Positions 1 to 9,474 of a stretch of DNA of 54,920 nucleotides are shown piece after piece. The stretch's first letter is position 1; every line of letters begins with the position of its first letter. The notes below the pieces were generated by a model. That model did not search any database. It was not told the DNA's origin and saw nothing but the letters and a program-made list of their open reading frames with translations. Source of the DNA: an uncultured Clostridia bacterium (GTDB taxonomy: Bacteria > Bacillota > Clostridia > Christensenellales > Borkfalkiaceae); NCBI GenBank assembly GCA_947589585.1, contig CANQCA010000001.1:1-54920 (forward strand), in the 5' to 3' direction. The translations under genes and the position numbers were made by a program.

Positions 1-2
1 TC

Positions 3-1034
3 AAATTCCACGACGCCATCAAGGGGGACATCACCGTCACCGAGAACGATCAGGACGTCGTTATACTGAAATCTGACGGCATTCCGACCTACCACTTCGC
101 CCACGCCATTGACGACCACTTCATGCGCACGACGCTCGTCATCCGCGGCGAGGAGTGGCTTGCGAGTTTGCCCATTCACATAGAACTCTTCGATGCGCTC
201 GGCTTTCAACGCCCGCGGTACGGGCACAACTGCTCCCTCATGAAGCAGGACGGCGAGACCCGCCGCAAGCTCTCCAAGCGCAAGGACCCCGAGCTCTCGC
301 TCGAATTTTATCGCAAAGAGGGCTACTATCCCCGCGCCGTCAAAGTATACATGCTCACGCTTCTCAATTCCAACTTCGAGGAGTGGTATCAAAAGAACCC
401 GGAAGCCGATCTTACCGAGTTCCCGTTCAAGGTAGAAAAGATGTCGAAATCGGGGTCGCTCTTCGATCTCGATAAGCTCAACGATATCTCGAAGAACGAG
501 TTATCGAAGCTATCGGTTGCGGACATGGGTGCCTTCTTGAAGGTCTGGGCGGAGGAATTCGGCACCGAAGAGCAGCGGCATTATTTCGACGATGAGGAAA
601 AGCTTTCCCACGTGCTTGCCCTCTGCATGGGCGTGGGCGGCAAGAAGCGCAGGAAGGATTTCACCACCGCCTCGCAGGCGATGGAATTCATCAGATACTT
701 CTTTGAAATGACGCCCCGCGCCGACGAATATCGGGTGGAAAAAACCGAGCGTACGTCCATTCTCAACGATTTTCTTGCCTCCTATTCACCCGCCGACGAC
801 GCACAGGTCTGGTTCGAAAAAGTCAAAACCGTTGCGGAAAAACACGGTTTTGCGGCGGATATGAAGGCTTATAAACTCTCCCCCGAGAACTTCAAGGGGA
901 GCGTCGCCGACGTCGCCGAGGTTTTGCGCATTGCGACGACGGGCAGGGCGAACACCCCCGACCTTTGGACCATCATGCAAATTTTGGGCGAGAAAGAAGT
1001 ACACGAAAGATTACAGAAGGCGAAAGATGAGTAA
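3..1034 (+). CDS. gltX: glutamate--tRNA ligase, C-terminal part (5' end lies outside the window)
   Basis: The frame is open from base 3. Translation reads DGIPTYHFAHAIDDHFMRTTLVIRGEEW ... KLSKRK (KMSKS-type motif), typical of class I GluRS. Confidence 0.9.
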   Translation, partial: KFHDAIKGDITVTENDQDVVILKSDGIPTYHFAHAIDDHFMRTTLVIRGEEWLASLPIHIELFDALGFQRPRYGHNCSLMKQDGETRRKLSKRKDPELSLEFYRKEGYYPRAVKVYMLTLLNSNFEEWYQKNPEADLTEFPFKVEKMSKSGSLFDLDKLNDISKNELSKLSVADMGAFLKVWAEEFGTEEQRHYFDDEEKLSHVLALCMGVGGKKRRKDFTTASQAMEFIRYFFEMTPRADEYRVEKTERTSILNDFLASYSPADDAQVWFEKVKTVAEKHGFAADMKAYKLSPENFKGSVADVAEVLRIATTGRANTPDLWTIMQILGEKEVHERLQKAKDE

Positions 1035-1857
1035 AGCAGATCTTATTTTTATTCAAAATTGCAAGGATATCCTCGAAAACGGAGTTTGGGATACGGATCG
1101 GGAAGTGCGTCCCCGTTGGGAGGACGGCACGCCTGCGCACACGGTGAAGAAATTCGGCATCGTCAACCGCTATGATCTTCGGGAGGAATTTCCCATCCTT
1201 ACCCTTCGCCGCACGGCATTCAAGAGCTGTATCGACGAGCTCCTTTGGATCTGGCAGAAAAAGAGCAATAATATCCACGATCTTCATTCCCACATTTGGG
1301 ATAGTTGGGCGGATGAGGACGGCAGTATCGGGAAGGCGTACGGCTACCAGCTCGGCGTCAAACACAAATATAAAGAGGGGATGTTCGACCAGGTCGACCG
1401 CGTTCTGTACGATCTGAAGCACAACCCTGCCTCCCGCAGGATCCTCACGAATATTTTCAATTTTCAGGACCTGCACGAGATGAATTTGTATCCCTGCGCC
1501 TACTCGATGACCTTCAACGTCTCGGGCGATACCTTGAACGGGATCTTGAACCAACGCTCGCAGGATATGCTCACGGCAAACAATTGGAACGTCGTGCAAT
1601 ACAGCATTCTGCTCCACATGATGGCAAGGGCGTCGGGGCTAAAAGCGGGGGAACTTGTGCACGTCATCGCCGACGCCCACATCTACGATCGGCATGTTCC
1701 CATCGTCGAAGAGATCGTAGAGAGGGCACCCATGTCCGCACCTACGCTCTCGATCGATGAAAATGTGACGAATTTCTACGACTTCACGACGGAGAGCTTT
1801 AAGCTCGAAAATTATGAATTCCATCCGCTCGATAAGAAGATCCCCGTCGCGATATGA
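1027..1857 (+). CDS. thyA: thymidylate synthase
   Basis: MSKADLIFIQNCKDILENG... with the RRILTNIFN and YPCAYSMTFNV regions typical of long Firmicute ThyA. The ATG at 1027 overlaps the gltX stop (ATGAGTAA). The upstream part of track ORF 931.. was trimmed. Confidence 0.9.
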   Translation: MSKADLIFIQNCKDILENGVWDTDREVRPRWEDGTPAHTVKKFGIVNRYDLREEFPILTLRRTAFKSCIDELLWIWQKKSNNIHDLHSHIWDSWADEDGSIGKAYGYQLGVKHKYKEGMFDQVDRVLYDLKHNPASRRILTNIFNFQDLHEMNLYPCAYSMTFNVSGDTLNGILNQRSQDMLTANNWNVVQYSILLHMMARASGLKAGELVHVIADAHIYDRHVPIVEEIVERAPMSAPTLSIDENVTNFYDFTTESFKLENYEFHPLDKKIPVAI

Positions 1858-1873
1858 TCATTAAGGAGAAGGC

Positions 1874-2368
1874 ATGCGCGCCATCTTTCATGCAGATAAA
1901 AATTGGGGCATCGGGAAAATCGGCAGCCTGATGTTTTCCCTTCCCAAGGATATGCAATTCTTTCGTGAGACGACGATGGGAAAGGTCGTCGTGATGGGGC
2001 TTGCAACGCTCAACTCCTTCCCCGGGGGGAAGCCCCTGAAGGGCCGCACGAATATCCTTCTTTGCCCCGAGACTAAAGAGGGAGTTTTGACCGTTCACAG
2101 CCTCGAAGAGCTATTCAAAGAATTGAAAAACTACCCCGGTGATGAAGTCTATGTCATCGGCGGGGCGAGTGTCTACCGCCAACTTCTTCCCTATTGCGCG
2201 GAAGCGCTCGTCACCAAGGTGGACGCAGACGGGGGAGCGGACTGCTTCGCTCCAAACCTCGACGCCGATCCTTCCTTCACCCTCATAAAAGAAACCGCCC
2301 CCCAAGAGGATAACGGCTATATCATCCGCTTCTGCACCTACAAAAACGAAAACGTGAAGCATTTCTGA
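1874..2368 (+). CDS. folA: dihydrofolate reductase
   Basis: 164 aa with NWGIGK...LPKDMQFFRETT...VVMG...GGKPLKGRTNILL motifs. It sits directly after thyA; GGAG lies 7 nt upstream. Confidence 0.88.
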   Translation: MRAIFHADKNWGIGKIGSLMFSLPKDMQFFRETTMGKVVVMGLATLNSFPGGKPLKGRTNILLCPETKEGVLTVHSLEELFKELKNYPGDEVYVIGGASVYRQLLPYCAEALVTKVDADGGADCFAPNLDADPSFTLIKETAPQEDNGYIIRFCTYKNENVKHF

Positions 2369-2372
2369 AAAT

Positions 2373-2410
2373 ATGCGGTACGCAAAGGAAAGCGTGCCGT
2401 ATTTTTATTT
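2373..2410 (+). terminator. intrinsic terminator after folA
   Basis: 11-bp stem ATGCGGTACGC / GCGTGCCGTAT (two G-U pairs), 8-nt loop, then TTTTTATTT. Confidence 0.65.
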
Positions 2411-2438
2411 TGACATCCCCCGAAAGTTGTGCTATAAT
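2410..2438 (+). promoter_or_regulatory. sigma-A type promoter, TTGACA-17-TATAAT
   Basis: Perfect -35 (2410-2415) and -10 (2433-2438) with a 17-nt spacer. The -10 ends only 11 nt before the ATG at 2450. Confidence 0.7.
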
Positions 2439-2449
2439 CATGTCGAATT

Positions 2450-4288
2450 ATGGCGAACGACATGAAAGTTGCGGCCGACGATGCGCTCTTAGAGCCCCTT
2501 CAGGCCTACAAAAGCAAATACGAAACTGCATTCCGCGCAAACTGCGAGGAGTATTTCGATGATCTCGTGAAAAAATCGGGCGTCGATCTCGCCGCGAACA
2601 ATGCGACGGTGGAAAAGTACGATGCGCAGTGCCGTCTTCGTCTTGCAGCCGAGAACCGGCTCTCCAAGGCGAAGGCGCTCAAATGGGCCTTTATCTTTTT
2701 GATCGTCCTCGGGGCCGTGCTCCTCACGGCCGGCATCGCCCTTCTCGTGGAAGAGCATATCACCGTCGGGGCGGTGCTCACTGCCCTCGGGCCCGTTCTG
2801 ATCGGGCTGTTTTTCACACTGATCTTTACGATCGTGGTCCCGCGGATCAAACGCAGCGAGGCGGAGAGAGCGCTTCACGATAAAAAGGCGGGGGAATATC
2901 TGCACGAGGCATGGGCGCAGATGGAGCCGCTCAACGATCTTTTCGAGAACAACGTTACCAAAAAGCTCATCGAAAAGACGGTCCCGCTCCTTGAGATAGA
3001 CGATACTTTCGATATGCGCCGCTACGACTATCTGAGCGGCAAGTACGGCTACGAGGGGAACCCCGATCCCAATGCTTCCACCGTCGGCATCCTCACGGGG
3101 GAGATCCTCGGCAATCCCTTCGTCGAAGAGCGTGTCCTCGTGCAGTCGATGCGGCCGCATACATACTACGGCTCCATCGTCATCACGTGGACGACCTACG
3201 AACACGATTCCGACGGACACTCGGTGCCCGTCACCCATACCGAGACGCTCACGGCCTCTGTCACCCGCCCGAGACCTTTCTATAGCCGCGAGACCCGCCT
3301 CGTCTATGGCAATGAGGCCGCACCCGATCTTACATTTTCGCGCGAGCCCTCGCATGCGGAAGATCTCGGCGAGAAGAAGCGGCGGGGCGTCGTAAAGCGG
3401 GGCGTAAAGAAGATCAGGAGAAAACAGAGCCGTGCGATGAAGGGGGGCAAGGGCTTCACCGGGATGGGAAACGAGGAATTCGATGTCCTGTTCGGTGCGA
3501 CCGACCGCGACAACGAGGTGCAGTTCCGCCTGCTCTTCACCCCACTTGCACAAAAAAATCTGCTCGCGCTCATCACGGACAGCGAGGGCTACGGCGACGA
3601 TTTCCATATGAGAAAGGCGGGCTGCCTCAACTTTGTCTCGTCCGAGCATTCCGCCGCATGGGATATGGAAGAGAAGCGGGAGCGGTATTTTTCCTACAGC
3701 GCCGCGCTCTCCCAAAAGGCGTTCCTATCCTTCAATACGCAGTTCTTCTCTTCGCTCTACTTCGACCTCGCGCCCCTTCTTTCCATCCCGCTCTATCAGC
3801 AGCAAAAACCGCATGAGTATATCTATAAACAAAGCTATCCCCGTACTTTCACGGTGCAGGAGACGGAACATGCCGTAAACTGCATGCCCGAGAGCGCCTT
3901 CTCGCCCCATGGCGCGGCGACGCCGAGCATCCTCAAGACGACCTTCCTCGACCGAGACGGGGAGAGCGATCGCGTCCGCGTGAGCGCAAATGCGTTCCGG
4001 GAAGTGCATCACACGGAGTTCGTTCCCGTTTTCGGTGGCGACGGGCATATGCACAACGTCCCCGTCGATTGGATAGAATATGTTCCCATCTCCGCGGATA
4101 CCGACGTCAAACTCAAGTATCTCGGTCTCTCCGACCGCATGTTCCATGCCGAAGCGGAAGGGGGAAAGCTCGGGAGCGCCCTCGCAAAGCACGGGAAGAT
4201 CGCCTATGGGTATACCCACGGCATTCTGTGCTGCGTCGCGTCCGAGGATGATTGCGATTTCGATCGCGATTTCACGATAGAAAAATAA
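2450..4288 (+). CDS. large membrane protein of unknown function (two TM helices near aa 85-135, possibly DUF3137-like)
   Basis: 612-aa ORF with hydrophobic segments WAFIFLIVLGAVLLTAGIALLV and VLIGLFFTLIFTIVV. The stretch NEEFDVLFGATDRDNEVQFRLLFTPLAQKNLLAL recalls, from memory only, the DUF3137 pattern often found next to LemA. Confidence 0.6.
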   Translation: MANDMKVAADDALLEPLQAYKSKYETAFRANCEEYFDDLVKKSGVDLAANNATVEKYDAQCRLRLAAENRLSKAKALKWAFIFLIVLGAVLLTAGIALLVEEHITVGAVLTALGPVLIGLFFTLIFTIVVPRIKRSEAERALHDKKAGEYLHEAWAQMEPLNDLFENNVTKKLIEKTVPLLEIDDTFDMRRYDYLSGKYGYEGNPDPNASTVGILTGEILGNPFVEERVLVQSMRPHTYYGSIVITWTTYEHDSDGHSVPVTHTETLTASVTRPRPFYSRETRLVYGNEAAPDLTFSREPSHAEDLGEKKRRGVVKRGVKKIRRKQSRAMKGGKGFTGMGNEEFDVLFGATDRDNEVQFRLLFTPLAQKNLLALITDSEGYGDDFHMRKAGCLNFVSSEHSAAWDMEEKRERYFSYSAALSQKAFLSFNTQFFSSLYFDLAPLLSIPLYQQQKPHEYIYKQSYPRTFTVQETEHAVNCMPESAFSPHGAATPSILKTTFLDRDGESDRVRVSANAFREVHHTEFVPVFGGDGHMHNVPVDWIEYVPISADTDVKLKYLGLSDRMFHAEAEGGKLGSALAKHGKIAYGYTHGILCCVASEDDCDFDRDFTIEK

Positions 4289-4303
4289 AAAAGGAGATAT
4301 ATT

Positions 4304-4972
4304 ATGAACGAATTGGATGAACTGACAGGTCCCGAGATGAAAGAGGGCAACGATGTGAAGGTCATCGCCAAACAGCTCCCCGTGACGATCGGCACTGGTT
4401 CGAAGGTCTTCGATATCATCTGGTGGTTCCTGCCGCCCGTCATCGGCGGGATCATCTGGATGATCATGAAGCGCAAGGCACGCAGCTATTTCTTGCAGCT
4501 CCAGCAGAAGATCCAGCACGACGCCTCGCAGATCGACAACTACCTCGAACAGCGCGTGCAGATCCTCAAAAACTGCGCCCGCCTGCTCGACAAGGCGATC
4601 GACCTCGACAAGGATACCTTCGAGAAGATCGCGGCGTACAGGAGCAAGGTGAGCCCCGACGGCGACGAAGCGCGCAATGCGTATGCGCGGGAAGTGGGCT
4701 CGCTCGCCCGCTCGGTAAACATCGCCTTCGAGAATTATCCCGAGCTTCGCGCGCACCAGGAGATCGCCGACGCCATGCAGCAGAATTCCTATCTGCAACG
4801 CGAGATCACCGCTGCCCGCGAGGTGTATAACGATACCGTGAACACGTGGAACCGCGACGTTTACGCTTGGCCCACCAAACAGATCGTGGCAGCCAAGGCG
4901 GGCTATACGACGCGCATTCCCTTCATCGCCGACGAGGAGACGAAGGAGGCTGCCCGCGGCACCTTCTTCTGA
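4304..4972 (+). CDS. LemA family protein
   Basis: N-terminal TM (FDIIWWFLPPVIGGIIWMIM), then a LemA-like helical region (NIAFENYPELRAHQ...REITAAREVYNDTVNTWNRDV). AGGAGA lies upstream. Confidence 0.8.
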   Translation: MNELDELTGPEMKEGNDVKVIAKQLPVTIGTGSKVFDIIWWFLPPVIGGIIWMIMKRKARSYFLQLQQKIQHDASQIDNYLEQRVQILKNCARLLDKAIDLDKDTFEKIAAYRSKVSPDGDEARNAYAREVGSLARSVNIAFENYPELRAHQEIADAMQQNSYLQREITAAREVYNDTVNTWNRDVYAWPTKQIVAAKAGYTTRIPFIADEETKEAARGTFF

Positions 4973-4986
4973 GCACAAGACAACAT

Positions 4987-5016
4987 GAGGGCGGGGTGAC
5001 CCGCTCTCTTTTTTAT
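4987..5016 (+). terminator. intrinsic terminator after the LemA gene
   Basis: 9-bp stem GAGGGCGGG / CCCGCTCTC (one G-U), GTGA loop, then a T-run. Confidence 0.7.
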
Positions 5017-5117
5017 TTTACGCAGACAAAATTTGAAAATGGCGCGGCAAAGTTGTTGTATTTTTTTTGCGAATGTATTATAATTTTCGGTGGACTTCAA
5101 GAGGTATTTACAAAACT

Positions 5118-6951
<1,834 letters not shown>

Positions 6952-6953
<2 letters not shown>

Positions 6954-6973
6954 TACTATGCCACGCATAATAC
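6952..6973 (+). repeat. copy a of the recurrent motif AGTACTAT-N6-CATA (AGTACTATGCCACGCATAATAC)
   Basis: Overlaps the typA stop codon TAG (6951-6953). Arms GTACTATG / CATAATAC form an imperfect palindrome. Confidence 0.8.
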
Positions 6974-7002
6974 AATGCTGATCCCATAAATTTTATTGCA
7001 AC

Positions 7003-7046
7003 AAACCCGAACCGAGCCGCATTTGGCAGGTTTCGGGTTTTTCTTT
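7003..7046 (+). terminator. intrinsic terminator after typA
   Basis: AAACCCGAA ... TTCGGGTTT stem with an inner GCC/GGC helix, followed by TTTTCTTTT. Confidence 0.75.
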
Positions 7047-7067
7047 TGAAAAGTGATTGCGACGTCC

Positions 7068-7096
7068 TTGACATATCCTTGCCTTCGTGGTAAAAT
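7068..7096 (+). promoter_or_regulatory. sigma-A type promoter with extended -10, TTGACA-17-(TGg)TAAAAT
   Basis: -35 at 7068-7073, TGG at 7088-7090, -10 at 7091-7096. Confidence 0.75.
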
Positions 7097-7102
7097 TAAA
7101 AT

Positions 7103-7329
7103 GCCAAACAAACTTTATATCCAAGAAAAGGAGGGCACGGTTTTTTCATGTAAATCTAAAATATAAGGGGAGGAGTATTTCCTGCTCATACATTGCTCAT
7201 ATTAGAATTTGGCAGAACTGCAAATTCCAATATATGGACGTTACTACCGTGCCGTATATAAAGTTTGTTTGGCGACAACCGGAGTTTGCGTTTTGTATGC
7301 GCTGACTTCGGTTGGCGCATTTTTATTTT
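7103..7329 (+). promoter_or_regulatory. structured leader or candidate invertible segment upstream of the LRR lipoprotein gene
   Basis: 18-bp perfect inverted repeat at 7103-7120 / 7256-7273 enclosing 135 bp. A second complementary pair is GGCACGG 7134-7140 / CCGTGCC 7247-7253. A terminator hairpin at 7297-7320 (UUCG loop) plus T-run 7321-7329 ends 5 nt before the SD AAGGAGA. Confidence 0.6.
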
Positions 7330-7346
7330 ATCAAGGAGAAATTGTT

Positions 7347-8531
7347 ATGAAAAAGTGGCTCACAGCGATCTTGATGATCGCATTTACTGTTTGTCTTTGC
7401 CTCGGACTTTCGGCATGCGAAAATTTCGGATCGTCCAACGACGGTCCCTCGGGCGGTTCGAGCAATACGCCGAAAGAGGACAACGACGGCACATTCATTT
7501 ATTCGGGCGCTTCGATCAAAGCAGCGAATACGTCCATTTCGGGCGATATCGTCATTCCCGCCTCGCATAACGGGGCGCCCATTGATACCATTCCCGAAGC
7601 GGCATTCAAGGGTTGCAACGGAATCACTTCGATCACCGTTCCCGAGAGCGTGACTTCGATCGGCGAAGGTGCATTTAACGGGTGTTCGCTCCTTCGGAGC
7701 ATTACATTGCCTTTTGTAGGAAGGCAGAAGGGAAATACGGGGAAATCTGCTTGTTTCGGATATATTTTTGGAACAAATTCTTATCAAGGCGGTACAAAAG
7801 TAAACCAGCATTACGATTCGGGCGTTGTAGCATCTTTTTATATTCCTTCAACCTTGAGAACTGTTACAATTACTAATGAAACAACAATTGGCAAATCTGC
7901 ATTTGAAAATTGCTCAATGCTGACAAAAATCGACCTGAATGATGGAGTTTTACAAGTCGGATCAGGTAGCTTTTCGGGATGCTCTAAGATTGAGGAAATC
8001 AATTTACCGAGTATTACAATTATTCCTTCGTCTCTCTTCAGCGGTTGCGTTTCTTTAAGTAATTTTACTATCAATGATTCCGTGGATACGATTGAATCAA
8101 GTGCGTTCTATGGGTGTACGGCTCTCGCTTCTATCAATTCCAAGGTAGTAGGAGAATTTATTATTCCAGACAGCGTGACCTCGATCGGCGAAGGCGCGTT
8201 TAACGGTTGCGCTCTTCTTCGGAGCATCACGCTACCCTTTGTTGGGAGCGGAAAGGGGAATACAGGGAGAGCCGCATGTTTTGGACATATTTTTGGGACA
8301 AGTTCATATCAAGGCGGTACACAAGTGAACCAGCATTACGGTTCCGGCGTTGTAGCATCTTTTTGTATTCCTTCAACTTTGAGAACTGTTACAATTACGA
8401 ATGAAACCATGATAGGACAAGGAGCATTCCAAAACTGTTCCATGATACAGACTCTTAAAATCAATTCCGCGGCGCAGGGCAATATCGGAACGTATGCCTT
8501 CAATGAAACGGTAACGCCGACGTGGTTCTAA
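7347..8531 (+). CDS. BspA-type leucine-rich-repeat surface lipoprotein
   Basis: MKKWLTAILMIAFTVCLCLGLSAC is a signal peptide with a lipobox. Repeated ...IPxSVTSIGEGAFxGCxxL... units fit LRR_5/BspA type. SD AAGGAGA lies at 7334-7340. Track ORF 7209 was trimmed. Confidence 0.85.
   Translation: MKKWLTAILMIAFTVCLCLGLSACENFGSSNDGPSGGSSNTPKEDNDGTFIYSGASIKAANTSISGDIVIPASHNGAPIDTIPEAAFKGCNGITSITVPESVTSIGEGAFNGCSLLRSITLPFVGRQKGNTGKSACFGYIFGTNSYQGGTKVNQHYDSGVVASFYIPSTLRTVTITNETTIGKSAFENCSMLTKIDLNDGVLQVGSGSFSGCSKIEEINLPSITIIPSSLFSGCVSLSNFTINDSVDTIESSAFYGCTALASINSKVVGEFIIPDSVTSIGEGAFNGCALLRSITLPFVGSGKGNTGRAACFGHIFGTSSYQGGTQVNQHYGSGVVASFCIPSTLRTVTITNETMIGQGAFQNCSMIQTLKINSAAQGNIGTYAFNETVTPTWF
7647..7922 (+). 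repeat. intragenic duplication, copy 1 (about 275 bp)
   Basis: Encodes VTSIGEGAFNGCSLLRSITLPFVGRQKGNTGKSACFGYIFGTNSYQGGTKVNQHYDSGVVASFYIPSTLRTVTITNETTIG..., nearly identical to copy 2. Confidence 0.85.
8172..8447 (+). repeat. intragenic duplication, copy 2 (about 275 bp)
   Basis: Encodes VTSIGEGAFNGCALLRSITLPFVGSGKGNTGRAACFGHIFGTSSYQGGTQVNQHYGSGVVASFCIPSTLRTVTITNETMIG..., offset 525 bp from copy 1. Confidence 0.85.
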
Positions 8532-8548
8532 ACAAGGCTCAGAATGCT

Positions 8549-8580
8549 TCAAAACCCTCGCCATCGTGCGAGGGTTTTGT
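8549..8580 (+). terminator. intrinsic terminator after the LRR gene
   Basis: AACCCTCGC / GCGAGGGTT stem followed by TTTGT. Confidence 0.65.
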
Positions 8581-8613
8581 CATACAGAAGGCGGCTTGGA
8601 CATAGCATAAGGT

Positions 8614-8871
8614 ATGCAGGAAATCAAGCAGAGCGTTCTCACGATCGAACAGCAGCAAAAGCTCACGATGACGGGGGTCTCTTCCGTCGATGCATTTTCG
8701 GATAGCTCCATCACGCTCACGGTAAACGGCAAGCGCGTGCAGATCGTGGGGGAAAAACTCAAGGTTCTTTCCTTTTCCGAAGGAAGCGGGAATTTTGCGG
8801 CGAGCGGAGAGGTCTTCTCCGTCAAATTCGGCGCCACACGGGGAACTTCCCTGAAAAAACTTTTTCAATAG
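8614..8871 (+). CDS. yabP: sporulation protein YabP
   Basis: 85 aa, LTIEQQQKLTMTGVSSVDAFSDSSITLTV.G.R..I.GE.L.V. The pattern and the yabP-yabQ-divIC gene order match Bacillus and Clostridia. Confidence 0.8.
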   Translation: MQEIKQSVLTIEQQQKLTMTGVSSVDAFSDSSITLTVNGKRVQIVGEKLKVLSFSEGSGNFAASGEVFSVKFGATRGTSLKKLFQ

Positions 8872-8874
8872 AAG

Positions 8875-9261
8875 ATGCAAGACGAGCTCAGATACTTTCT
8901 TCTCTTTATCCTCGTCGGCGTGGGCGGGGGAGCGCTGTACGACCTCATCTCTCTTCTTCGGGCGCCCTTCCGCGCAAAGTGGCTTCGTCCCGTGTGCGAT
9001 TTTATATTCTGCGGGATCTTTGCGGGCGGGGTGCTTCTTATCATGCTCAAATTCGGTCCGTTTTCTCTCCGTGCATACATGTTCGGGGGGATTTTGATCG
9101 GATTTTTCCTATATTTGAAAAGTTTTCATAAAACTGTTGCATTTTTTTCAAAAAAGGTATATAATGGTTACAGAGGAAAAACAAAGAGGGTAAAGCTATG
9201 TCGAAAAGGCTCTCGATGCCCGAGGAAAAATCCAAGAGGATCGCTATCGGCGCAACGGTAG
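8875..9261 (+). CDS. yabQ: spore cortex biosynthesis protein YabQ
   Basis: Small multi-TM protein (FLLFILVGVGGGALYDL..., DFIFCGIFAGGVLLIMLKFG..., GGILIGFFLYL) directly after yabP. Confidence 0.7.
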   Translation: MQDELRYFLLFILVGVGGGALYDLISLLRAPFRAKWLRPVCDFIFCGIFAGGVLLIMLKFGPFSLRAYMFGGILIGFFLYLKSFHKTVAFFSKKVYNGYRGKTKRVKLCRKGSRCPRKNPRGSLSAQR

Positions 9262-9473
9262 GCGGCGTCCTTTTGTTCATTATGCTCGTTGTGATCATCG
9301 TCATCCAATTTGTGCAGATGGGAGTGAGAAGGAGCGAGCTCAACGAGTACGAAGCTCAGCGGGAACAGCTTCAGGCCGAGATCGATAAGGATCTGCATGA
9401 CCTCGATTACTATCAATCGTGGTTCGGCATGTACAGCGCCGCTCTCAAGCAGGGTTTTGTTTTCCCCGACTGA
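9198..9473 (+). CDS. septum formation initiator (DivIC/FtsB-like)
   Basis: 91 aa with one TM (IGATVGGVLLFIMLVVIIVI) followed by a short coiled coil (ELNEYEAQREQLQAEIDKDLHDL). Its position after yabQ supports the call. It overlaps the yabQ tail by 64 nt. Confidence 0.65.
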   Translation: MSKRLSMPEEKSKRIAIGATVGGVLLFIMLVVIIVIQFVQMGVRRSELNEYEAQREQLQAEIDKDLHDLDYYQSWFGMYSAALKQGFVFPD

Positions 9474-9474
9474 T

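Noticed and set aside
7087-7305. 72-aa ORF inside the LRR gene leader
   Set aside because: It starts with a GTG inside the promoter spacer, has no SD and has an odd composition. The region is better explained by the inverted repeats and terminator. A strong SD (AAAAGGAGGG) followed by an ATG-TAA start-stop at 7148-7153 was noted but not called as a gene.
8576-8613. SigE-like promoter (TCATACA-14-CATAGCAT) upstream of yabP
   Set aside because: The hexamers are only partial matches, and the -10-like element ends 6 nt before the ATG, leaving no room for a leader with the AAGG SD. It is too weak to call.
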